64,000 nucleotides of DNA from Lama glama (GCA_028534125.1 CM052816.1:97404001-97468000), one strand, 5' to 3'. Shown: positions 48,720-63,167, numbered from the stretch's first letter. Notes: a model not told the origin generated them from the sequence alone. Numbers and translations: made by a program.

Positions 48720-50410
48720 AACCTCGACAATCACAGCAGGCTTTTTTGAAGATAGTAACAAATGCCAAAATTGATACCAAATTTATATGGAAAGGTAAGG
48801 AACTCAGAATAACCACAGCAGCCTTGAAAAAGAAGAACAAATTTTTAAAATGTGCACTCCTCATTTTAAGACTTACTATAAAGTTACCTTATAATCAAGA
48901 CTGTGTGATTCAGGCAGAAGCACAGGCAGATCTAGGAAACTGAGCAGAGCCCATGAACAGATCTGCATACATGCAGCAAAACTAATTTTGACAAATGTGC
49001 CAACGCAGCTCAATGGGGAAGGGAAAGTCTTTCTAACAAGTGATGCTGGAACCGCTGGCATCTGTATGCAAAGAGTTAATCCTTGATATATACCTAACAT
49101 GATAATTGACAGACACTGATGGATACTGGGCAAAATTTTACAGTTAAAATTTTAAAAAGTCTACCAAAAAAATAGAGGAATTTCTTTGTGGCCTGTGTAG
49201 TCAAATATTTATCAGAGAGATTGCAAAAACACGAAACCCTAACAGAAAAAAAAAAGGTGAACCGGACTTTATCAGAATAAAAAATTTCCACTCTTCAAAA
49301 GCGTTTGTTAAAAAATAAAAAAGCAAATCACAGTCTAGGAGAAATATTCACAATCTATGTATATGACAAAGATATGAATCCAAATTGTATAAAGAACTCC
49401 AACATATCAAAAATAAAAGCAATCCAATTAAAAATTGTCAAAGGACTTGGATAGATACTTCACAAATGAGGATATAAGTATGGCTAATAAATGACAAGAA
49501 AACGTGCCTTTTAACATTGTTTTCAGGGGAGTGCAAATTAAATCCAGAATGAGATAACCCTATACAGCCATTGAAGTGGTTTAAATTTAAGTGACTTCCA
49601 ACAAGTGCTGGAGAGGATGCAGGTAGCTGGATGTCTCATGCTTGCTGGTAGGTTGTGAAATGGTACCACCAGTGTGGAAAACTAGTATTTCTTATAGAAT
49701 TAAATGGATACCTACCTTGTAACCCAGCAATTCTACTCTAAGGTATTTTTCCCAGTAGAAATGAAAATATAGGCCTACATAAATATTTGTACAATAATGT
49801 TTACTGCAGCTTTGTTTATAACAGCAAGAAACTTAAACATTCCAAATGTCAACAGAAGAATCAATAAACAAATTGTAGTATATTCGTCCAATGGAATATC
49901 ACTGAGCAGTAGAAAGAAATGAACTATTGACACACACACGTGGATGAATATCAAAGTACTATGTTGAATGAAGGAAGCCAGACATGGATATGTTCCGTAT
50001 GTTTCCATTTTTAAGATGTTCAAGAACTAATTTGTGGGAATATAACTCAGTGTGGTAGGTGCTCTAAGTATGGGGAGGGAAATATTCCAAGAGGCATGAA
50101 GAAACTGTCCAGGGTAAAGGCAGTGCCCTACGCCTTGACTGGATGTTGGTTCCATGGGTTTGTATATTTTTAAAAAATTGTTATGTATTATTTTAAATGT
50201 ATTATTATCTATAAAATTTAAATGTATTATTTTTTGGTGGGGGGAGGTAATTAGGTTTACTTATTTTTAATGGAGGTACTGGCGATTGAACCCCAGACTT
50301 CCTGCACGCTAAGCATGTGCTCTACCTCCCCCGTATACATCTGTAAAACTTGTCTGAGTGCACTTAAGATCTGCACATTTTACTGTATATAATTATAACT
50401 CAGTAAAAAC
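48720..50410 (+). mobile_element. Old L1M ORF2 3' part and 3' UTR
   Basis: aaatttatatggaaaggtaagg...acccagcaattctactctaaggtatt...cacttaagatctgcacattttactgtat; interrupted by a SINE. Confidence 0.85.
50170..50332 (-). mobile_element. Camelid SINE (Vic-1-like), head partly deleted
   Basis: gggggaggtaattaggtttac...atggaggtactggcgattgaacccc...ctaagcatgtgctctac. Confidence 0.8.
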
Positions 50411-51399
50411 ATTAAAATGCCTATGCTAATTATCACAACTTGTGAATATTTTCTTGGTTTATTAAATGAGGTGCTCAATCAAATATGCATTTTGATTGCA
50501 TTATGAATTTGAAACCTGCTGATTACCAATTCATATCTATTTGGTAACCTAGAGGCAGAAGAGCAAACTACCACGTGTGCCCGGAAGACGGACTTGCCCA
50601 TCCTCCAGCGTTCTCAGCTTTCAATCTCTTGTCTATTAACGTGGTAATTGCCTTTAATGACTTTGTTCTCCTCAGTGTAATCAGACAGGAAACTTTAGAT
50701 GGAAATTGCGTAAATTACTCTAACTCCTGCCAGGAAAAGAATCCAAGATTTTAATCAACTTCTGCACATTTTATTCCTCTTGTTAGGAAGTTTGCTTTAC
50801 ATGCGTGCTTAACTGACAGGCCCTCTGCCTGGAAGACGCGGTCCTTGTTAAATGGCTCCACCAATTGGACTGTGTCCCTAGTGCAGGAGGACAGATGACA
50901 TCCCTGCTCGGAGAGGGTCAGCTATGCTGAGGAAGATTGTGCAAACTCACCTGGCTCTCTCTGATGTTTTTACATACCATGTTGTACAAATATCAACATT
51001 GTTAATGGTATTAACTTTATATATTTTCAGCTTATAAAATATTATGCACTCAAGGTGGGTGAGATGGGCAAGAGCTGGATGCCTTTCCTTCCCATTTCAA
51101 AACAAGCCACCTCTTTTATTGATATGCAGTTCAGCACTGATTGAGTTATGGAAACACTGAACAGAAGACATTTTATTTGATTCTGAACTGCATTGATCTA
51201 TATGTTGATCGCAAAGAGGTCTCCCATACAGAGTCACTTTGGTCAAATAGTTCCAGAGGAACCCAGTGCATACTCTACATTACAGGGGAAAAGCAACCAT
51301 TCAGGTGGTACAAGTTGTGGTGCCAAGAACCGTCACTAGTTTAGAATACCAGTCTGGGTCTTGGAAAGTGTTTGAGGTCAGGAATGAGGATGCAGGTGC

Positions 51400-51540
51400 A
51401 AAGGCTAAAGCATGAACATCCCTGGACCAAAGGCCTGGACATGTAACAGCTCCAAACACTAGCTCCCTCATCTGTAAAATGGGGATAAAACTATCCCACC
51501 CTATCTGTAACCCAGGGTGCCTCCCAGTGAATTGTAAACT
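51400..51540 (+). mobile_element. MIR SINE
   Basis: ccctcatctgtaaaatggggataa core. Confidence 0.6.
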
Positions 51541-52115
51541 AAACAGACAACACTTTTTGAAGTTGGGAGATTTATGCACATCTAACATTGTGGTTGCCGT
51601 GGCAATTTGCCACTGTTTCTCCACTTTCCTTCGAGGTGGGTGATAGGTCTGAATTTCTTTTGGACGCATCACTTGGCTTACTTTCATCCTCTTAAATATC
51701 AGAGTCTTCTCATGAATTTGCTTAGAGAGCTGTCGCTGACCTTTGCTCCTTCAGCCACTTTCATTCTGTCTCATCCTTTGGAATGTCCCATTTGTATGTG
51801 TGAGTGCCCACTCTGGCAGGAATGGTGTGTCCTTCTGTGTGTGTATAATTGGAAAGAGAACGTATATATCGTTTCCTTCCCATGGAGGACTCTTGTTGAC
51901 AATGAACTTGAAGAGATGTCTTGGTCCACAAGGCTGAGAGTCCAAGGGTCTGGGTGACAGGATCCCAGGGCCCCGATGATGTCATTGGGTTTTTCTCAGT
52001 CTCACTCTCTTTTTCAGTTCCGCTTCCTTTGGCATTGGCTTCATTTTCAGAAGGACCAGACTGCTTCCTAACGACCTCAGGCTGGCTGCTCCCAGCTCCG
52101 GGATTACAACCCATC

Positions 52116-52469
52116 TGTCTTAGTCAGTTCAGGCTGTCATAACAAAGTACCGCAGACTGGGCAGCTTACAAAGAACAGAAATTTATTCCCCCCAGTTCTG
52201 GTGGCTGAAAGTCCAAGACCAGGATGTCAGTGTGGTCAGGTAAGGGCGCTCTTTCCTGTCGCAGGCTTCCCCTTTTGTCCTCACGTGGCCAAAGTGGCTA
52301 GCTAGCTCTCCGGGACCTCTTTTATGATGTGGACCAAATCCCAGTCGCCGGGGCTCCACACTCATGACCTAATCACCTCCCAGAGTCCCTCACCTCCTAG
52401 TATCATTACATTGGGATTCAGGTTTCAAAATTTGAATTTAGGGGAGACAGAGACATTCAGTCCATTGCA
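52116..52469 (-). mobile_element. Full-length MaLR solo LTR (MLT1A-like, 354 bp)
   Basis: tgtcttagtcagttcaggctgtcataacaaagtacc...acattcagtccattgca; degenerate 5-bp TSD ccatc/ttatc. Confidence 0.88.
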
Positions 52470-53040
52470 TTATCTTATTGGCTATGCAACATCAGAAAAA
52501 AGGTCTTCTTGCTGGTGGCACAAATGAAAGTGTGGCAGTTGTGTCTCATTGGCTGGATGGTCTGCTGGCTTGGTTCCCACAGCACATCTCTACCATGTAC
52601 AGTGACCCGGGCCATGCAGGGTCTCAGGTCGGAGTCACATGGTCAGTAAAGAGGAAACTGAGAGGGTCTCAGGAAAGCCAGGATGCTGTCAATAGAAGAT
52701 TTCTTAGCACAGAAAATCACCATAGGTTTACCTCCCTGTGGCCTGAGGTTCACTGCTGTCTTGTTCATGCAGAGGTGACCAGGCTGATGTTGACGCCACC
52801 GCCACCCAGTGAGCTCCATCAGCAACATGGTGGCTCCCCTGCCTGCATCCCGAGATGCCCGGTCATTCTCCCCTCCATCTGGAAGGAATCTGTCCACTTG
52901 TGATCAAGAGACAATTGCATGTCAGAACTTCTCAAGAAATTCCTTTTTTTAGCTAGTCAATGAAAAGCACATTTTTTTTCAACGAAGATAGTCAAGCAGC
53001 AATTTGTGTTTCAGACTTTGTGCATTTTGATTTTGATAGG

Positions 53041-53275
53041 TGTATTCGTTTTCTATGGTTGCTGAAACAAATTAACACAGGCAATAGCTTTAAACAGCAC
53101 AGATGTCTCATCCCACAGTCAGAGGTCAGAGGGCTGATGTGGGGCTCATTGGGCTAAAACCCAGGTGCCGGAAGCTACGTTCCTTACCCAGGCTCTGGGG
53201 GAAAGTCTATTCCTTTATCTATTCCAGCTTCTAGAAGCCACCCGCGTGCCTTGGTCCATGGTCTTCCTTCATCTT
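53041..53275 (-). mobile_element. MLT1 (C/D-like) LTR fragment
   Basis: tgtattcgttttctatggttgctgaaacaaatta...gggctaaaacccaggtg...ttccagcttctagaagcca. Confidence 0.7.
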
Positions 53276-56200
53276 TGTACCATCTTGAAATCCCTCCCTC
53301 TTACTTGATAACACTTTTCGTTGCCAAAAAGAACTCGGTTACGGGTTTGGATTTGCATGATTTATTAGACACTGACTTTACCCTTGACTTTGAAATGACA
53401 GGCTGACGTTTTCTCATGTTTATTTTATTTCCCAATAACTATTATGTCACATCTGTTAAATGATGTTTCTTTTCATGCTTTTCTTTTTCTTTCTTTTTTT
53501 TTAATTGCTCTTGCTTTTAGAAGTTTTTCTGGGAATCTCTTTCAGGAAATTCAATTGGATTGAATGCTTAGCCTTGATTCCTTACTTATTACAACACCTT
53601 TTCAACATTTACGAATAAAATAAGAATGACATGTCTGTGTTACAAAATGAAACTGAACAAACTACCGACCCCTGTTGAGGTGAAAGATGCATAGTATTGT
53701 TTTCTCTTGATTTTACATAGAAGACCTTCAGGTGCCTTAGAAAATGCAAATGCTGACGCCTCCCTACCTCGATGCCATGGTCAGGAGAGCCTAGGCGGCA
53801 AAGAGAGAGACAGTGCCACCAGGCTCCTGGACCATAAACCATGTCAGCTTGTCTTGCGTGGCAATTTCCATGAGACAGAAGAACAGAATAGCCTCGTTAG
53901 GAACTTAATTAATCACTTGATAATTTATTTGAGCCTCCACCCAGTGAGAAAATACATCTTGCTAGAGTAAAAGCCGTATCAGCAGGATGGGAAATTGCAC
54001 ACCTTCCTGCGGTGTGGTCCTTCTACTTGTCCATCTTTCAAGGATTTACCTTATTTGAAGTGTTTTCATTAACTGAAGCAAACAGCATCTTTGCCTCCAA
54101 TATGAAAGATATTAAAAGAGAAATAAATACATGTAATCTTCTCCACATCTTTTATTATAAACTCCTCCCAAACCGCTTACTTCATGTGACCTGCAAGCAC
54201 TAAAACAGTGTGTTAAAAGTGGCCTCAGCTAAAAGCAGGTATGAGGTGATAGCAAGGATTATGTAGCATTCTACAAACAAACTGTGTGATCTGAGGAGGA
54301 ATTTGAGGGGGAAGTGTGAAAATTACTTTTTCTATTTTATTTTTTTTAGAGAAAACACCCGACAGATGCTTTGAGTTTTTCAAACCCATTTTCAGCTGCC
54401 TGGGGAACAGAGTTCCTGCAGAGAGGCTGCATTTTTAGAGCGGTATTCCAACGTGGGCAGCTTTGTGGCCAGACTCAGGTAACTCTGCAGAGTACCTGGG
54501 TTTGCACAAGAGGCATAACATTCTGACTCTAAAGGCAGATACATTCTAGGATGCAGTTAAATGCAGACACACGCTTATTCTGATGAAAATGGTTTAAGAA
54601 GCAATAATTAACCTGGGGTGGCTCAAATATTTACTTAATGCAACATTGTAATGGATCAACAATTGGAAAAGGGGTTGTTAATCCTTCAAATACGATGATG
54701 ACGACTGCCCCATCCTTACCCTTACCCTCCCCTCTTGCACGGGTGGACGGCGTGGTGGATGGACCTTGACCTCTCTGTGTCATTCAGCAGCAGCTAGTAA
54801 TTCTGCCACTAAACCCCACTCTTCCGTAGGTGCCTAAGCCTGATCCTTCAAAAACCTGTTCATTTCTGGGCAAAGATTCTTGGTCCTGAGAACTCTGTTG
54901 GCTTCAGTGTAGATGGTACGAATAACTTCTTACTCTTGAGAGTAACTTCTGCATCTATAAAGAAATGTAGTCACATCTGCAGCTGATACTTCCCCACAGG
55001 TATTGGAAAATTTGTTAAAATTTTGGAGGATGGGCTGTACACTGGCAGCATCTTAGTATACTGCTAAAAAGCAAGGGTGACTACTTTGATGCTTCTGTCC
55101 GAGCCTAAGAACGTCTATTTTAAAAGTCGCACATATTTGTCATGTTAATGTGTTTCCTATAAGGTTGAACTAATTCCAGTTTTACATTCATGATAGAATT
55201 CATTCAGTAGAAAAAGCCAAACAGAATGAAAAATTTCTTACATGAAATTAATGATGGCAACATATGCAACAAAATATCACAGAGACTGGATCAGGTGTCT
55301 TTCCTAGAGCAACGCAAGGGTTTTTCCATTGCTTCTGATTTTTCTTAAAAAGATAACATAATGCATGCACTGGACTGTGTTGCATCTGAGCAGTGGAATT
55401 CTGAGTCATTTTCAATAGGCCTATTCTCATGTTCTTTGGCAAGCCACTCAGGTTTGGGACTTGCAGGCAGATCTCCGTTACAAACCTTCAGCAATATCTT
55501 TTCACCTCCAAATTACTTTCTATTTTCTCTTTTCTTTCCTTTTTTTCTTGTTTTAGTTTTTTTTCCAGTAGTAATGTAAAACCATACATACCCTTAGTCT
55601 AAATTAAACAATGGGACAATAATTATGTAGTTGACCGTGCTTGCTGGAGAGCAAATATAGCTCTCGAGTTCTGATGATCAGTCCCGTGTTCTGCGCCAGA
55701 GTAATTTAAAAATTTAAAAGTGGGTCTTTGACAGTGACACTGGACTCACACTCAAGAGCTTTCGAGTTTAAATCTGCAGAAACCACGACATCCATCTGAA
55801 GGTCTGAGTGAGGAACACACACAGGGTGTGTAGTACTTACTGCCTTCATTCCGCAGCTCTCCTGCTAAACGGGTTTCCCATTTGCTCTTTTGGCTCAAAG
55901 CTAAAAACCTCCAGTCTGAACATCCAGGTTATCATTAAACACGTCTGACAACTATCCAGTCTCCCCTTTACGAGTTCCCCCGATCCACCTTTAGTTCTAA
56001 TCACACCGGTCTCTTTTTCCTTCAGTCGTCCTTCAGATCGCCAAACCCCAGCCACGGCTCATCTCCCACTTCCAAAATCCAATTTGGATGTCTGTCAGCT
56101 GTTGTCTCTCTGCCAATTCAAATCCTGCAGGTGCTTTGAAAGCCAGGCTGAACGTTCTGACCATATTAGCAGACTTCATAAATTAACCCTGTTTGAGGGT

Positions 56201-58464
56201 CACCTCTCCCTTACTCTGAACTCTTCCCACATTGATGCACACGTTGCATACGGTGCTCCTTCATCCATTTCTTTTGACTCTCTCGCAGTGCCTCGTACGA
56301 ATCTCTGGTACACTAGGAGTTCACAGCATTCTCATTGAAATAATTTTCATTATACAATGAATACATATTGTCCGGTGAATGATGTCTTATTAACCTTTTA
56401 CGACTCTCCCAAACATAACTTTCTCCTAAATTTTTATGCTGATCAGAAAATAAACGAAATAATAAAGATAATTATAAAAAGTACAGCTTCTAGGAAGCCA
56501 CCTCGTATTAGGTCCTTGTACTTGGTACAGAGAACCAATACATCCAGAAGGTAATGCAAAACCTTGATCCAAATACAGTTACTCAGTGGTACTGAGGAAA
56601 AAGATGAACGCATTGAATAGAAATGGTTAACTATGAGACAAAGAGGACTTTTTATCTTAAGCCTCTGGCATCTTAATTATTATTTTTATCCAAACATCTG
56701 CCTACTAGTAGATAATTCAAATCAAAGGGCATTTGACTGGATTAAAAAATCTGTAAAAATTAAAATAGCATTTAGTTTGTACTTTTAGGCATTAGCACAA
56801 AGGAAATACAAACCTGCCTGAGAAAGTCTCATAATAATTACTTTAAAGATAGTATCTTAGAGGTACGCCTCTTGACTAATTGTGGGCAAAGACCAAAATC
56901 TTTATTTCCCATTCATCATGCACTGATGCCTTTGTGAAGTACAAACTCTTGCTCGTGGGTGCCCCGGTAATGTTAAGTTGCTATAAAACTTTCCAAATAC
57001 TGGCACTTTCTGTACTTATCTGGTAGGGGTGTGGTAGTAACAAATGCTTCATGGATGCCAGCAACCTGTGGACCACACTTTGAACAGCAGTCATTGCATA
57101 AAAGATTCATGCCAGAAAGGGTCGTGTTATATTTCCTTACAAGTAGGAAAAAGGAACACTTTAAAAAAAACCTGTGTCTGATAAAAATACAGCTTTAATA
57201 AAAAGTACTTGCAGATGAAGGTGGACAATCTGTAAAAGACAGTTACTTGGCAGTAATCAACACAAAATGTTCTAGGCAGCGGATTCAGTTCACTCTGAAC
57301 AATGTTACCAACGCAAAATGAAATGGACCAAGAAGTCCAGGAGTGTCTGCCAACTTTTCTAGTGAAAAGTTGTTTTGCAGGAGGGCAGACAAATGGACCA
57401 GATGAAGCTGACCAGTCAATAGGAGGCAGAAGTCAAGTACACGAGTGCGTAACCCTAAACATCCTTTGCTGGCTAGTGGATGGTTTGGGCTCTGACTTTC
57501 AGCAGCCCTTCATCTTCTCCACGTCTCAGCATACAGCCTGCGGCAGTGACCGAGAGGCATTACGTGAGATGATAACCAGGGGGAAAGGGGAGCTGGAGTC
57601 AAGGCAGGTCTCGCAGGGTAGCCACCTGGGGGGGTGGTCAGTGCCAGGGGTCAGATCCTCAGCTGTGCAGGTGCAGATATCGATTTTTATCAGCGAACCT
57701 GGGGTTGGAGGGCAGCAAGGACTATACAGAAGTCGGAAGGGACTGATGTGTAGACCAGAAGGCCAGGTGGTAACTAAAGTGGGAACAGAAATGGCCAGTA
57801 AACTGCTGCTTTTACGTTAGCAGGTGGGTGCAAGGAGATGGAGATGCTACAGGGGAAATGAAGAGAAATTGGAAGGTATTTCGTGAGTGTGATAAAAGCA
57901 CATTAGGGACATTAGGAATGCTGTTTGGATGACATTAATGGCCAGTGTCATCAACCTATAAAAACGTGATGCAATTAAATCTCTCCTTCTCAATTTTCAT
58001 ATTTAGTTAAAAACTTACTAAGTTTTCTACTTTGACTTGAAAGATAGTCTGTCATTCAAAGAAACTGTGCAGTGAGATGATAATCTCTGTAAGTATAGAT
58101 TTCACTGTTTCACCTCTTGGACGGCAGTGGTGTTCGCCAAGCTCTTTGCAGGCTGCGAAAGTGTTAGTCTTATGCACTAGTTTTTTTCCTTAAAGAACCG
58201 TGTCCATCTGTATGTGTGTGAATGTGTATATAGAGCCTTACATCTTATTATCATAAATATTCTTATGATTTTGAGCACAAAATATGGATTTTACTTCTCA
58301 CTGTTCACAGTCAACTTGTTAGCAGGTTGTACAGTTCAATTTGATTTTGAAAAAAGAAAGGGAAATTTCATTCCTCTATGCAAAATATGATTAACAAGTG
58401 TTCAACTTCAGTTTCCTATATGTATAATTCGATAGTTAAGAAAACTCTTACACTTCTCCTTTCA

Positions 58465-59950
58465 TAGATCAATGGAACGGAATCCAGAACCCAGAAATAG
58501 ACACAAATACAAAACCATTCAGTGGAGGGGGACGAGGGATGGCCTTCTCAGCAAATGGTGCCGGAGAAAACGAACAGCCACCGGCAAAAAAATGGAAGCT
58601 CGACTAAACCTCGTAACCAGACAAAAATTAGCTCGAAATGAATCACAAACTTGAATGTGAACCCTAAAACTATAAAACTTTTTAAAAAATCCTAAGAGAA
58701 AAACTTTGGGATATAGGTAAAGAGTTTACAGACTTGCTGCCAAAACAAAATTTTTAAAAAGAAAAACAGCTAAATTAGATTTTATCAAAATTAAAAACTT
58801 GTTCTCTGTGAAAGATCATATAAAGAGGTTGAAGGACAAGCAACAGGCTCAGAGAAAATGTAAACCACATATTCAACAACAGACTAATATCTAGAATAAA
58901 GAATTCTCAAACTCAGCAGTGAAAAATAAACAAAAACAATAGCAAATAGAAATGTGTAAGACCCTAACAGATGTGTCAGCAACAGGGGTACACAGATGGC
59001 CAGTGAGCACCTGGAAAGATGCTCAGCACCATTAGCCTTCAGAGAAATGCAAATTGCAGCCACGGCGAGCTGTCACTACACGCCTATTAGAATGGCTGAA
59101 ATGAAAAATAAAGACAACATCAAATGTTGGCACGGATGGGGAGCAAATGGACCACTCATGCCTTGCTGGTGGGGATGTAAGTGGTGCAACCATTCTGGAA
59201 AACACTTTAGAAGCTTCTTATAAAACTAAACATGCAAATACAACACAATCCAGCAATTGTACCTGTGGGTATTTTTCCAAAGCAATAAAAAGTTATGTCT
59301 ACACCAAAACTATACACACATATTCATCATAGCTTTATTCATAACTGGCCCCAAATTGGAAACAGCACAGAGATCATTCAATAGATGAATGCTAAACAAA
59401 CATTGGTACATCCATACCATGGAATCCCACTCAGCAACAGAAAGGATCAAACTGTTACTATTCACCCAACAATTTGGATCAATCTTTAATGAATTGTTTT
59501 GAGTGAAAAAAGCCAATCAAAAAGTTACATAATTTATGATTCCATTTACAGAACATTGTTGAAATAACACAAATTTAGAAATGCAGAGTATATTGGTGGT
59601 TGCCAATTCTTAGGAAATGGGAGGAGAGATGGATGGGGTGGGTTGGCAAAAAAGTGGGTGTGGTTTTCAAAGAGAAAGAAGAGGGATTCAGAACTACCCT
59701 GTATCTAGAGTGTAGTGGAGGCACACGTGATGAAAATGTACAGAGCTAAACACACGCAGGGACTAATGAGGACAACTGGGGAGTTCGCCATGAGATGGGC
59801 AAATCGTATCAATGTCAATGTAGTGATGTTGCACTCTACTTTCTAAGTTGCCACTGGAGGAAACTGGGTAAAGGGTACACAGGGTGTCTGTACTATTGCT
59901 TACAGATGCTATAAATGCACAATTATCTTACTAAATATTCCAACTAAAGG
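58465..59950 (+). mobile_element. Old L1 (L1MC-like) ORF2 end and 3' UTR
   Basis: atagatcaatggaac...; MASEHLERCSAPLAFREMQI...HYTPIRMAEMKNKDNIKCW; 3' UTR ggaaactgggtaaagggtacac. Confidence 0.88.
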
Positions 59951-61250
59951 GGGAAAAATCCTTTTCCCTTCATTCATTTCTTGGAGATTTACCCTTAGTA
60001 GAAGGAAATGGTTGCCCTTGGTCAAAGCTTGTTCTAATTCTTTGGTCAGTTTTCACGCGGGATGCGGGTCGTGTGTGGACTGTAACCCGCCCATGACAAA
60101 GCCCAGACTTGATGGCATTACAGTCTCAAAGCTCACCAGCCACGTGAAGTATGCAGATGTTTCTCCAGCTCTCTTTTCCGGCTACGTTTTCTTAAGACAG
60201 ATTCCATGAAGAACCATCTCTCTCACCTGAGGCCATGCCCAAAGCTCTGAATGTCTTTCCAAGCCCACACTTTTGCTTTGATTGCCTACATTCTCAGTAT
60301 TGACAACAAATCTCTTTTAAAAAAATATATGGAAGTTTGAATGAGTTTTCAAGAGCCCACAATGTGTGCCCAGGTCCATCAATTCCACCTGGAATCAGAG
60401 TATACTTTTGTACTTTCATAACCACAAGAAGTTCAAGGATATTCTCAATATTTTTATAACTATAAAATTAAAAAAACCTTGTCTTTGATCCTATAAATAT
60501 AGACTCTGAAATGTATAGAAAAAAATTTCATGCAGTAATAAATCCACCTGCTGAGCGAGCCTGCCCTATATACTGTAATTACAGTGTTCAGTTGTATGTG
60601 TTTCTTCCATTCCACGAAGCTCAACATTCCCCTCTTTTCTCTTAACTCATGAAGAGAAATAAAACATAACATTCCCTGAGTAACGTTCTCCGTCCCATTT
60701 GGGGCAGAGGTCCCTCCAGGGCTTCAAGGATGTTAATTAACTCCGCAGCGAGGCAGAACTTCCCTTGAGAGTTGCTGTTACATAACGTTGGGTGGACTGT
60801 CCTCAGTAGGGCTGGCTGAAGATTAAATTAAAGGAGAGGCCAGCAGCTCCTGACTGATCACAAGCTCACCTGGGGAGAGTTAAGGCGACCCCGCTGTTTA
60901 CTGCTCAGACCTTGCTTTGCTCTGATCATCACCTGGAATCCTCACTCGCCCTCAGCTGGGCCCTATTTTGACTCTTTCCTGGGGGCCTGATGCCTCCGCT
61001 TCGATCCTAAAACTTGGAAGAAGAAAATGAAAAGAAATTGCAAATCTCTTTAGTGCCTTGCAATTACTTAAGTGAGGTTTTGCTCCGGCCCCTGCTGGCT
61101 CTCTAATGAATCTTCCAGCATGCCTTCACTGGAGCTGGCCCCTGCCGTCCGCTCAGCCCTCCAAGAGTTTTTTTATTCTAAGACTAGTTAGGAAACAAGA
61201 ACAAAAAAGCTGCCTATCCCTGGCTTCCCAACTCTGTTGGCTCCAGTGTG

Positions 61251-61442
61251 TTACCTTTAGTATTTCTGCAATGATGGGAGTGAATCCGGGAGCACTCTAG
61301 TTCATTAAGCAGAATGTGTGTGCGTGCGTGCGTGCGTGTGTGTGTGTTATCTTTACAATTTCTGCAATGATGGGAGTGAATCTGGGAGCGCTCTAGTTTA
61401 TTAAGCAGAATGTGTGTATGTGTGTGTGTGTGTGTGTGTGTG
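61251..61442. repeat. Diverged tandem duplication, 2 x 96 bp, each unit ending in a TG microsatellite
   Basis: 61251-61346 versus 61347-61442 share tttctgcaatgatgggagtgaatc...attaagcagaatgtgtg. Confidence 0.92.
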
Positions 61443-62081
61443 AAGCTACCAGGAAGATGTTTAATAAATGAATGCAGATATTTCCCCTTCCAGTGTAATT
61501 AGATATTCTGTTTCAATCTAAGGCCCTTATTATGCCAAAAAGGAATAATGAAGCTTTCAAACATGATTCAGCGGGGCAGACTTCAGCATCCGCACAGAAA
61601 GAAAACCAGGTGCCTGCCCTCCAATTTCTGGGCGGAGGAGCACAGGGGAAGATGAAACCTGACTCCCGTGGTGGGGGAGGGAATGGATCTAAGGAACTCT
61701 GGGTCCAAAAAAGAAAGCAAACGGAATTGGATGCTTGTTTTATAAAATTTTAAAAGGCAAAGCAGGGCTTAAATGGGAGGTAGACCGGAAGGGATGGCTT
61801 ACTCCCCCTCCTGCTCTAGAAAAAACAACTAAACTCAGATGTGGTTTTACCCACTGGTTTCCCATCTCTGTAGGCTCCACCGAGAAGACTAACACATTAC
61901 AAAGTGTGCAGAGAATTTTGATTGCACAGTAGGAGAAAGATGTTGAAGCTTGGTTCCAACATCCGTGGAGCTGCCCCAGACACAGCAGAGCTGCCAGGGC
62001 AAGGGGTCTACTTGGAACCCGGTAGGCACTAGAGACACTCAAAGGCTGTTCATCATATTGCAATTTAAAAAGAGGTCATAA

Positions 62082-62720
62082 CTTACATATGACCCAGGAA
62101 TCCCGCTCCTGGTCTTATATCCAGAAGAAACCCTACTTCAGGATGACACCTGTACCCCAATGTTCATAGCAGCACTATTTACAACAGCCAAGACATGGAA
62201 ACAGCCTAAATGTCCATCAATGGATGACTAGGTAAAGAAGATGTGGTATATTTATACAATGGAATACTATGCAGCCATAAAAACCAACAACATAACGCCA
62301 TTTGCAGGAACATGGATGCTCCTGAAGAATGTCATTCTAAGTGAAGTAAGCCAGAAAGAGAAAGAAAAATACCATATGAGATCGCTCATATGTGGGATCT
62401 AAAAAACAAAAACAAAAACAAAAAAACAAAGCCTAAATACAAAACAGAAATAGACTCATAGACATAGAATACAAACTTGTGGTTGCCAAGGGGGCAGAGG
62501 GTGGGAAGGGACAGACAGGATTTCAAAATTGTAGAATAGATAAACAAGATTATACTGTATAGCACAGGGAAAAATACACAAGATCTTATGGCAGCTCACA
62601 GAGAAAAAAATGTGACAATGAATATATATATGTTCATGTATAACTGAAAAACTGTGCTCTATACTGGAATTTGACACAACATTGTAAAATGATTATAAAT
62701 CAATAAAAATGTTAAAAAAA
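62082..62720 (+). mobile_element. Young 5'-truncated LINE-1 3' end with TSD
   Basis: atgacccaggaatcccgctcctgg...caataaaaatgttaaaaaaaa; TSD agaggtcataa at 62071-62081 and 62723-62733; ttt/aaaa endonuclease site. Confidence 0.93.
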
Positions 62721-63015
62721 AGAGAGGTCATAAAAATGACATGCAAGACAGTTACACTGAAGGCCTGCTGCCCCTGAGAACAGGCTCCAGCTGCTCAGTG
62801 GAAGGGGCTGTGGGGGCAGGAGAGTCCGGGATGGGGCCAAGGGAACGGAGGCCTGGAACCCAGAATTCTGCTTTGGCTGTGTGATACGGGCCAAATTATT
62901 TGATTATTCTGAGCATCTACACCTTTTCCTTAAAGTGGATATGAAACCTACTGTGGAGTTTAAACAAGAAGGACTGTGTAAAACTCCCAGAATGTGGTCT
63001 TTAGTGCTCAAAATC

Positions 63016-63167
63016 TTTTTTTAATTCTTTTCCTCCGGTTGCTGGGTGGTAATTTGATTGATTGATTGATTGATTTTTTTTTTAATGGAGGGACTGGGGA
63101 TTGAACCCAGGACCTCGTGCATGCTAAGCACTCACTCTACCACTGAGCCATCCCCTGCCCCCCTCCC
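63016..63167 (-). mobile_element. Camelid SINE (Vic-1-like) with (ATTG)n in the tail
   Basis: aatggagggactggggattgaacccaggacctcgtgcatgctaagcactcactctaccactgagcca. Confidence 0.88.

Noticed and set aside
57302..57820. 172-aa ATG ORF
   Set aside because: No recognisable homology, promoter or exon context; compatible with a chance ORF or decayed LTR. A blastp search would settle it.
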